From: Elusimicrobiota bacterium
GTDB lineage: Bacteria; Elusimicrobiota; Elusimicrobia; UBA1565; UBA9628
Direction of reading: 5' to 3'
Length of the DNA stretch: 64,000 nucleotides
NCBI GenBank assembly: GCA_031423795.1
Contig: JANPGH010000114.1
Location: 14,153-78,152, forward strand
Below are positions 57,021 to 64,000 of the stretch, piece after piece; positions within the stretch are counted from its first letter, which is position 1, and every line of letters begins with the position of its first letter. The notes under the pieces are model-generated. The model was given only the letters and a program-made list of their open reading frames with translations. It was not told the DNA's origin and did not search any database. The position numbers and the translations under genes are program-made.

Positions 57021-57805
57021 GGATTGGGCGTAGCGGATGGCGACGAGGTCGCGCGCACCCCGAGCCAGAACACAGTCAGGCTGAATCCGAACGAGATCAA
57101 GGGGAGCAGGGGGATCGCGAACGGAAGGAGAGTGTCCAGGCTATACAGGAGACAGCCCGCCGTTTGAGCGTGTATTCCCAGGCGGGTAAATTGGCCGAAG
57201 GAAAGTGTTGCTTTCGACATCGAAGCGAGTATCATTCCGATCAACGCGTACATCAATGCGCAAACGCCTATCGACGTGGCAAAGCCGAGAAAAGCGATAA
57301 GCAAGACGGTCGGATAAAAAATCCAATTAAAGCCGCGCTCAAGTCCTCGGTACACGGCAGCGTCGACCGTGAACGGTTTATTCGCAGCGGTCTTCGATAG
57401 GTCGATCACCCGCATCTGATTGTTATTTTGCGCCAGGTACAGTTCCCTAGCGGTTAAAAAGGCGACTACTTTTTTATCAGAGAACTCCGCCGCAGTCAGG
57501 GGGCCGACTCGCGTCGTGTCGATCATCAGCGCGATGTCCTTGTAGCGGGGATGCTCGAGGCGCAGCGGCCCCGGCGGGTTGCTTTTCACCGCCGAGCCGG
57601 TGAACTGTATCACGGGCATGCTCGTTTCGAGCCACGCGAATGATTGGGTGAATAGCGGGGTGAGCCTCAGTTTAATCGCAATGCCGAGGGCGGCAAGGAA
57701 AATGATGGAAAGAAACGCCACGTATCGGGACGTTCGAGCGGTTTTTTCGTCGGCGAAGCGGGGATAGGTGGAAGGAGTGAGGCTGGCGAGGAGATCGGGA
57801 ATCAT
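57017..57805 (-). CDS. Hypothetical integral membrane protein (DUF1189-like)
   Basis: Several TM helices across 262 aa. Family assignment is tentative. Confidence 0.5.
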   Translation of the reverse strand: MIPDLLASLTPSTYPRFADEKTARTSRYVAFLSIIFLAALGIAIKLRLTPLFTQSFAWLETSMPVIQFTGSAVKSNPPGPLRLEHPRYKDIALMIDTTRVGPLTAAEFSDKKVVAFLTARELYLAQNNNQMRVIDLSKTAANKPFTVDAAVYRGLERGFNWIFYPTVLLIAFLGFATSIGVCALMYALIGMILASMSKATLSFGQFTRLGIHAQTAGCLLYSLDTLLPFAIPLLPLISFGFSLTVFWLGVRATSSPSATPNP

Positions 57806-57836
57806 GGCCGCATTCTACCAGTCCGCCGCGCGTCGC

Positions 57837-58418
57837 TCAAATGGTTTCGGGAAGCCCCGTCCATGGGGTTTCGGCGCGTCCCTGTCGGGCATTGGCCCAG
57901 CGCGCACCGACGAACAGCCACGTCGAAAGTCGGTTCAAGTACACGAGGACGCCCTCTGGGATCGGGTCAACAGCGGAGAGGTCGACGACTTCGCGCTCGG
58001 CACGTCTGGTGACGGCACGGGCGACATGCAGGGAGGCGCCCACGAGCCCGCCGCCGGGAAGTATGAAAGTATTCAGCGCAGTCAGCGAGCGGCTCCAGGA
58101 ATCGATTTCTGACTCCAGTCGCGAGGGTGCCGCGGGCGGCAGTCCCCGGGAAAATGGGCCACCGAGCTTGGGCAGTTGTTCGACGGGAGTAGCCAGAAGG
58201 GTGCCGACGACGAAACACTCTCCCTGCACTCGCTGCAAAGCCGCGTCTAGCTCCACGAGGGCCGCGTCGGCGGCGATCAGAGCGCGCGTGTTCCCCAGGT
58301 GGCAATTCAGCTCGTCGACGGTTCCGTAGGCGGCGACCCGAGGATCGTTTTTTGACACGCGCGATCCGCCGAAAAGGCCGGTATCGCCTTTGTCTCCGGT
58401 GCGCGTATAGATCGTCAT
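57837..58418 (-). CDS. PduO-type ATP:cob(I)alamin adenosyltransferase
   Basis: MTIYTRTGDKGDTGLFGG N-terminus plus a helical bundle; MMAB/PduO family. Confidence 0.85.
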   Translation of the reverse strand: MTIYTRTGDKGDTGLFGGSRVSKNDPRVAAYGTVDELNCHLGNTRALIAADAALVELDAALQRVQGECFVVGTLLATPVEQLPKLGGPFSRGLPPAAPSRLESEIDSWSRSLTALNTFILPGGGLVGASLHVARAVTRRAEREVVDLSAVDPIPEGVLVYLNRLSTWLFVGARWANARQGRAETPWTGLPETI

Positions 58419-58442
58419 CGAGTTGATTCTACCGGATTTTTT

Positions 58443-59540
58443 TCATTTCGCGCCGAGTGCAGTATGGCGCAGGGCATGATTCTTGGCCAGGCGATTTCGA
58501 ATCGTTCCACGCAGCGTTTTCGCCGGGAAAAGTCGGGCCGACTCCACAAGAATACGCACTGCTCCTTCGACGTCGCTGATTCGCACCCGTTCGGGAGCGA
58601 CCCTGGCGGCTCCCCAACCATTATGATAGTTGACCAACGGCACCGCGATTCCCGCGGCCTCCAGGCCGAAGGCTTGATAGGCGGTTGCTTCGCACGTGCC
58701 GCCGGTCAGTCGCAGGCGCTGAATTTTGGTTCCGTGACGACGCAATCGTTTTGCGCTTTCGTCGAGAAGGTCGACGAGGTTCGCATCAAAGACGCAGGCC
58801 TTGTCGCCCAGGCGAATCGTCGGGCCGTGGCCGGGGCGGGAGCCGGGAAGTTCCCGGGACGACTCGATCGAGAGGTAGGAATCATGTTCGCGAAGTTCGC
58901 CGCAGCGGATCATATCGAGAGCGCCTATAAATCCCACTTCCTCGGCGCGATTGAGGAGCACGGTCACGTTGACGCGGGCGCGGGCGTTGACCAACCGGCG
59001 CAACGCCTCTAATGACACGGCGCAACCCAGCAGGTCGTCGACGGAGCGCGACTCGAGCCACCCCATCTTGATCCGGCAGGCGGGAAGACAGAGAACGGCG
59101 AATGCAGGCGTTTTTCCGGCGGGGGGCGGGAGCGTCCACCGAATTGACCATGATTCCCCGTCCTTTTGTGGCCGTGGTCCTATGACTCCCAAGGCCATCG
59201 GGGAATTGTCTTTTGGATTTGCCGGGAATGCCTCGACCGCGCAACCGGCAAGCAGGTGCGGGGGCAGGCCGCCCTCGAGGCGCGCGGTGGCTCCCGAGGC
59301 TGAGTTTCGTTGAATGGAAAAGGCCGGATGGTCGAGGTGGGCCGCCCAGGCCAGCGCGGGCAACGTTTTGGCGCCGCGATACCGGACGATGATGCCGCCG
59401 GGGATGGTGCGCACGCTCACGCGTTTGCCCAAAAATTTAGCGATCCAAGAGCGCGCTTTTTTAGCGACCGCGGCCTCATAAAACGGAGCCGTCGGCACCG
59501 AGGTTAGGTGGGCGAACAGGGCTAGGGCGCCAGGTTTCAT
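58443..59540 (-). CDS. M42/M20-like metallopeptidase family protein
   Basis: AHLDHPAF (cf. AHMDEIGF), DDLLGCAVSLEAL, NRAEEVGFIGA: metal-ligand motifs of the M42/M28 clan. Confidence 0.5.
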   Translation of the reverse strand: MKPGALALFAHLTSVPTAPFYEAAVAKKARSWIAKFLGKRVSVRTIPGGIIVRYRGAKTLPALAWAAHLDHPAFSIQRNSASGATARLEGGLPPHLLAGCAVEAFPANPKDNSPMALGVIGPRPQKDGESWSIRWTLPPPAGKTPAFAVLCLPACRIKMGWLESRSVDDLLGCAVSLEALRRLVNARARVNVTVLLNRAEEVGFIGALDMIRCGELREHDSYLSIESSRELPGSRPGHGPTIRLGDKACVFDANLVDLLDESAKRLRRHGTKIQRLRLTGGTCEATAYQAFGLEAAGIAVPLVNYHNGWGAARVAPERVRISDVEGAVRILVESARLFPAKTLRGTIRNRLAKNHALRHTALGAK

Positions 59541-61339
59541 GATGCGAGATGGCGGCCGAGGAAGGCCTCGGCAGCGGCGTAAAATTTAAGACGGTTTTCG
59601 GGCTTTGCGAAGCCGTGACCCTCGTCCGGGAACAATAAATATTCGACCGGCTTGTTCTTGGCGCGTAACGCCTCCACGATTTGCTCGGATTCCGCTTGCT
59701 TTACGCGCGGATCATTGGCGCCTTGAGCGATCAACAGCGGAATTTCGATGCGATCGACGAAAAAGAGCGGGGAGCGTGATTTCAGGAAGTCCGCCTCTGT
59801 TTCCACCGAACCGACGCGCAAGTCGAACACTCGCTTCATCGGTTCCCAATAAGGAGGAATGCTTTGGATGAGGCTGATCAGGTTCGACGGACCGACCACA
59901 TCGACCGCGCAACGGTATTCGCGCGGAGTGAAAGCGGCTCCCGCCAAGGCGGCGTAGCCTCCGTAAGAGCCGCCGTAAATGGCGATGCGTTTGGGATCTG
60001 CGATGCCGGAGTCCACCGCCCATTTCGCGGCGTCGCTGAGATCGTGTTGCATTTTTGCGCCCCATTCGCGATCGCCGGCGTGCAAGAAGCGCTTTCCAAA
60101 ACCCGTAGAGCCGCGGTAGTTGACTTGGAGACAGGCCATGCCGAGGCTCGCCAGCCACTGCGCTTCGGGATGGAAGCCCCAGCGATCCCGAACCCAAGGC
60201 CCGCCATGGACCAAGACGACCAAGGGGAGGCCCTTCGGATCGCGGCCCGCCGGGGTGGTCAGATATGCGCGGATTTTCAAGCCGTCGCGAGCGGAAAAAG
60301 ACACGGGCTTCATCGTGGCCAGATCATACCCGTCCAGTTTCGGCCGCGTCGAAAAAAGAAACTTGGCTTTGCGGGCTTTCCGGTCCCAGCGCCAAAACGA
60401 GGGCGAAAGGTCGGGACGGTTGACCAGCAGGTACCACACCGTGTCGGCGTCATCTCGACTAACGATGGAGACGTCTCCATCTAAACTGGCCAAAGCCTTG
60501 AAATCTTCAGCCAAGGCCGGGTCGAGGACCTGCCAGCGCAGGCGATCGACGTCGAATGCGACGGCTTCGACGTGATAATTTCGCGGATGAAGGAGTACCG
60601 GACCCAGATCGGAGTCCGGATCCTCGGCGAGCACTAAGGCGTCGCCGCCGATTGCGGGCATTTCCAAGAGTGCGGTCGTGTCGCGTCCGACGCTCGATTC
60701 AATATATATTTTCGCGCCGCCAGGCGCCAGTCCGTGAGCGCCGATTTGATCGTCGGGGCCGCACGACAAAATGTCTTTCCAGACGGAGCCTTCGCGCAAC
60801 CGCAGCACGGTGCCCCCGTCAGGCCGCATCGCTTTGGCGACCCGGATCTTGAACTGATGGTCGGGCAGCCAACCGATAATGTCCCCGGGATTTTCCGCCT
60901 CCAGTGTCCTCGAGCCATCCGAAAGGTTAATGCGGTAGACGTCGTGGGCGCGCGGATCGCGGTCGTTCATCGCGACCAAGATTTCATCGGGAAAGTTCGG
61001 TTCTGTGCCCACGATTTGCGCCTGCACTCCCGGCAGCGGTGTTAAGTTGCGCGTGGCCCCGGTTTCGACGTCGGTCTGGTACAAATGCCAGTTTTCGTCG
61101 CCGTCCTTGTCTTGGATATAAAGGATCGAGCGCTGGTCTTCCGCCCATAAGTAATTACGCACCCCGCGACTGCGATCGTTGGTGAGCGGCTTGGCCGCGG
61201 ACCCTTCGGGTCCGACCCATACGTTGAGCACGCCCTCATCGGGAGCCAAATAAGCCCAATATTTCGCGTTCGGGGAGATCTTCGGAGAGGCCTTTTCCGG
61301 GTTTCCGAAGAGCAGTTCGCGCGGGATTCGTTCTTTCAT
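59537..61339 (-). CDS. S9-family serine peptidase (prolyl oligopeptidase/dipeptidyl aminopeptidase-like; N-terminal beta-propeller)
   Basis: GGSYGGYAALAG (GxSxGG nucleophile), ...ANDPRV..., FPDEGHGF catalytic triad context. Confidence 0.85.
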   Translation of the reverse strand: MKERIPRELLFGNPEKASPKISPNAKYWAYLAPDEGVLNVWVGPEGSAAKPLTNDRSRGVRNYLWAEDQRSILYIQDKDGDENWHLYQTDVETGATRNLTPLPGVQAQIVGTEPNFPDEILVAMNDRDPRAHDVYRINLSDGSRTLEAENPGDIIGWLPDHQFKIRVAKAMRPDGGTVLRLREGSVWKDILSCGPDDQIGAHGLAPGGAKIYIESSVGRDTTALLEMPAIGGDALVLAEDPDSDLGPVLLHPRNYHVEAVAFDVDRLRWQVLDPALAEDFKALASLDGDVSIVSRDDADTVWYLLVNRPDLSPSFWRWDRKARKAKFLFSTRPKLDGYDLATMKPVSFSARDGLKIRAYLTTPAGRDPKGLPLVVLVHGGPWVRDRWGFHPEAQWLASLGMACLQVNYRGSTGFGKRFLHAGDREWGAKMQHDLSDAAKWAVDSGIADPKRIAIYGGSYGGYAALAGAAFTPREYRCAVDVVGPSNLISLIQSIPPYWEPMKRVFDLRVGSVETEADFLKSRSPLFFVDRIEIPLLIAQGANDPRVKQAESEQIVEALRAKNKPVEYLLFPDEGHGFAKPENRLKFYAAAEAFLGRHLAS

Positions 61340-61368
61340 GCTAAAATATTTTATTCCGGGGTTCGGGT

Positions 61369-61445
61369 GGCGCGTTCGTCTAGCGGCCTAGGACGCTGCC
61401 CTCTCAAGGCGGAGATCACGGGTTCAAATCCCGTACGCGCCACCA
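61369..61445 (+). tRNA. tRNA-Glu (anticodon CUC), CCA encoded
   Basis: Cloverleaf read by hand. Acceptor GGCGCGT/ACGCGCC. D-arm TCGTCTAGCGGCCTAGGACG. Anticodon stem-loop CTGCC-CTCTCAA-GGCGG (anticodon 34-36 = CTC). T-arm ACGGG-TTCAAAT-CCCGT. Discriminator A plus CCA. Closely parallels canonical bacterial tRNA-Glu. Confidence 0.85.
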
Positions 61446-61463
61446 GACCCCTGGGATAAATTA

Positions 61464-61526
61464 GAGCAGTTTCTCGACGGAGAATGGGCGGCAATACGGT
61501 TCCGCCTGCTCTCCGTCGCTTTTTTG
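61464..61526 (+). terminator. Rho-independent terminator after tRNA-Glu
   Basis: Nested stems GAGCAG/CTGCTC (61464-69 / 61506-11) and CGACGGAGA/TCTCCGTCG (61475-83 / 61510-18), followed by a T6 run (61520-25). Confidence 0.5.
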
Positions 61527-61734
61527 GGATCTCGCGCCCTGGCGCCAAGTGTCGGGGTCTTGACTGTGACAGGTGACCGCTTTACACTCTTTGGGCTCAT
61601 CTTGATAAGGAGCTAAGGAGTCTCTCGTCTCGACTGAGAAAAGCCATTGAGCTAAAAAAAGGCGGCCGCAAAACCTGACCTTTAACCGGATATAGGGTCG
61701 TTGACGTAATCGATAATATTATTTCAGAATCCCA

Positions 61735-61926
61735 ATGTTGAGAGTAGTGTTCGCGTTAATCTTTTTTGGAGCATTTCTTATGGCCAAGCCAATTGAGGCA
61801 AAGAGAAATCCTTGTCTAGAAAATTTGCCGATTTTGATGTGCCGTTCTCATGCAAACGCCGAATGGCCTGCCCATCTTGTGACGCCAAGCGCGCGGTGGT
61901 GGAAAGCGCTCAGGCAAAGAAAGTGA
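61735..61926 (+). CDS. Small hypothetical secreted protein (63 aa)
   Basis: N-terminal signal-like MLRVVFALIFFGAFLMA. Immediately precedes the SUKH-like ORF. Confidence 0.3.
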   Translation: MLRVVFALIFFGAFLMAKPIEAKRNPCLENLPILMCRSHANAEWPAHLVTPSARWWKALRQRK

Positions 61927-61927
61927 C

Positions 61928-62425
61928 ATGCCGTTCTTGATCCCTCAGGAGACTTTGGCGTACTGGAAACGCAGGCCCGCTGTGCCCGTCACCGACCTGG
62001 ACATTGCGATGCTCGAAGCACGCATGGGGAAAAAAGCGCCGGCAGCATATACCGAGTTCATGAAAACCTACGGCCCCGTCTCATTTGATGACGACCTCAA
62101 CTGCCGATTCGACTTCGTCATTGAAGCGGCTGGGCAGAGCGAGCGGGCTAGCAATGCTATCTCGTTCGTCAAAGCGCCGGAGAAGGCGCTTCGCTACTAC
62201 GACGGCCTCCAAAAGGACCCGAAGCTCAGTTTCCCGAAACACCTGCTACTCTTCGCGATGGACTACGGTCAAGGCGAATTACTGATCGAGTTCGGACCCG
62301 GCAGCGGACGCGTGTTCTTCTGGGACTTCGATCGGCACGACTGGGAGACCGGTACGACGCACATCCGCTTCGTAGCCGCCAACCTCTTCGACTTCATCAA
62401 CGGCCTCAGGCCTTTCGACGCCTGA
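61928..62425 (+). CDS. SMI1/KNR4 (SUKH-1 superfamily) immunity-like protein
   Basis: 165 aa. YTEFMKTYGPVSF...LLLFAMDYGQGELLIEFGPGSGRVFFWDFDRHDW...NLFDFINGL, the SUKH pattern. Confidence 0.55.
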   Translation: MPFLIPQETLAYWKRRPAVPVTDLDIAMLEARMGKKAPAAYTEFMKTYGPVSFDDDLNCRFDFVIEAAGQSERASNAISFVKAPEKALRYYDGLQKDPKLSFPKHLLLFAMDYGQGELLIEFGPGSGRVFFWDFDRHDWETGTTHIRFVAANLFDFINGLRPFDA

Positions 62426-62548
62426 CTGCGCCCATGACCGACGTCGCACGTCGGATGGCCGCCTGCGCCTTCGATGCTATCTTCGCATAACGGCTTTGAG
62501 CCTCAATTCGTTGCTGGAACCCGCCAAGAACGGGGCGGGGATTCGCGA

Positions 62549-63493
62549 TTAGGCTCTGTGTGCCGCAATATACTCGCGCACAGCGTCGTGAGTCGTCATC
62601 CAATTGCGCTGAAATTTGACGGCCGCGAGTTTGCCTTTTCGAACAAGAAGACTGAGATACTCTTGAGAATAGGGGGTTCCTTTGGCAGCCTCAGCCAGGG
62701 TGATGTAGCCTTGTTTTTCATAACCAACGTCTGCAGAAGGGGTCAGAGCCTGTAGATAAAGCGCCAGCGAACGCTCGACTGCGCGCATAATAAAGCGGAA
62801 ATATTGGTGGTATTTCCCTTGGTCGGCTTCTTGAAGCACGCGGTAGTATTTTCGGCGATCCGTTTTTAGGATGACAGCCGGCGGGTATCCGCTCTGCATC
62901 AGAAGCAAATTCATGAAAAGGCGCGCGCAGCGTCCGTTTCCGTCGATAAACGGATGAATATACACCAACCGGTGGTGGGCCATCGCCGCGCGCAAAATTG
63001 GGTGCAGGGAGGAATATTCCAAGTCCAGATCCTTAAAAAATTGATCCATCTGTATGGGGATCTTGCGCGGGTCGGGTGGCAAATGGATGGCCCCTAATAT
63101 CCGTACCCGCTCACGCCGCCAATGTCCAGCTTCATGATCGTCAATTCCCTTCAGAATGATCCGGTGGAGCGCTCTGACCGCGGCCTCGTCGAGATTTTTT
63201 TTCTCTTGAAGCATTTGCTCGAGCTCCGTGATGGCCTGGCGGTGGTTGACAGCCTCCAGGTGTTCTCTCAGGGGTTTCCCAGAGATTGTAAGCCCCTGCT
63301 GCAGTACGATAGCGGTTTCTTTTAAGGTGAGGGTGTTGCCTTCGATCGCGTTGGAGTTGTAGGTCCACTCGACAACCATTTGCTCATGAAGGCGCCCTAT
63401 CGCCGCCTTGGGGAAGGGGCGCAACGCGTCCAGCTGCTCTTTGAGCCGGCCGATCGCAGCGAGTGGGGTGGTAAGGGCTATAAGGTCTTCCAT
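62549..63493 (-). CDS. Fic-family protein (class II; N-terminal in-cis inhibitory helix)
   Basis: FIC motif HPFIDGNGRCARLFMNLLLMQSGY. Inhibitory motif SNAIEGN ([S/T]xxxE[G/N]) is near the N-terminus. A wHTH-like tail is at the C-terminus. Confidence 0.88.
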   Translation of the reverse strand: MEDLIALTTPLAAIGRLKEQLDALRPFPKAAIGRLHEQMVVEWTYNSNAIEGNTLTLKETAIVLQQGLTISGKPLREHLEAVNHRQAITELEQMLQEKKNLDEAAVRALHRIILKGIDDHEAGHWRRERVRILGAIHLPPDPRKIPIQMDQFFKDLDLEYSSLHPILRAAMAHHRLVYIHPFIDGNGRCARLFMNLLLMQSGYPPAVILKTDRRKYYRVLQEADQGKYHQYFRFIMRAVERSLALYLQALTPSADVGYEKQGYITLAEAAKGTPYSQEYLSLLVRKGKLAAVKFQRNWMTTHDAVREYIAAHRA

Positions 63494-63502
63494 ATCGGAT
63501 AA

Positions 63503-64000
63503 GTGTTTAAATTGTATATCCGATACGATACGAAATCAAGTGGATTATATGATGATTGTAGCCGCCAATTAGATATGTCCTGTTTGTGCCAAGTAGAAAT
63601 GTCCGGTCAGACGATAGATTTCTCCCCGCTGTCTTGGGGAGGCAACGGGCATGGAAGGGGACGTTCTTCCAACCATCATGGCCTCAAAATTGGACGGGAA
63701 ACACTGCGTAAGTTGATGACGCAAGTGGATCTGTGGCAACCCCACCGACAGGGCCCGAGGCACCGTGCGTGGCGTGAACGCCGGGCGTGCGTTGGGATGA
63801 TGGTCGCAAACGAGGCTTTGGAGCTGTCTCACTGGCGCCTTTCTTGGGCGGCCAATTACCTTTCGCCTGCATTTCTCTGACCTGCTTGGGATGAATGTTC
63901 AACTCATCCAGATGATGTTGAATCAGAAACTCTTTGACCTTGGCCAAGTATTGGCCCTCCAACGAAGCAGGCAAAATGTGTCCGCGCCGGGCCTGCGGGT
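63503..64000. other. Possible degraded transposase/mobile-element remnant at the island edge. Coding potential is split across strands and frames; identity unresolved.
   Basis: Plus-strand ORF 63503-63880 (..HHGLKIGRETLRKLMTQVDLWQPHRQ..) is reminiscent of an IS3/IS481-type HTH linker. Minus-strand ORF 63684-window end overlaps it. Neither is complete. Confidence 0.2.

Noticed and set aside
61446-61735. Searched for a direct repeat of the tRNA-Glu 3' end downstream, which would be an attR
   Set aside because: No copy of the tRNA 3' 20-mer was seen within the window. The island boundary, if any, lies beyond 64000.

Overview
Window contents: a high-GC (~60-65%) bacterial chromosomal segment, densely coding with many overlapping start/stop junctions. 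All functional calls are from reading the translated ORFs; no database search was run.

Main content, in order:
- A giant, 5'-truncated surface protein (FN3 domain plus a T9SS-type C-terminal sorting domain), followed by a yjdF-like membrane protein.
- A CHASE2 adenylate cyclase / DUF3307 / thiolase operon.
- A histidine-utilisation cluster (hutH, hutU, hutI, bifunctional FTCD) split by an inserted block that includes a ~25%-GC divergent promoter island.
- pckG and a McsA/McsB arginine-kinase pair.
- A long minus-strand array: xth, ilvE, a membrane beta-propeller protein, an AspT/YidE-type transporter, LolD/LolE-like ABC components, lysS and a CheY-like receiver.
- ndk, murQ, an esterase, yciH, and several peptidases (M48, S46, M42-like, S9).
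- A complete IS5/IS1182-superfamily insertion sequence with 28-bp terminal inverted repeats.
- tRNA-Glu(CUC) followed by a small accessory island: a SUKH/SMI1-KNR4 immunity-like protein, a class-II Fic protein and a decayed transposase-like remnant.

Points worth follow-up:
- A nested three-helix structured element between the giant protein and yjdF.
- A homopolymer frameshift in a gamma-glutamyl-cyclotransferase fusion gene.
- A LolE-like permease with no canonical start codon, apparently initiating at a CTG that overlaps the lysS stop.
- A secreted 607-aa protein with a PIN-like C-terminus.
- The tRNA-adjacent immunity/Fic island.
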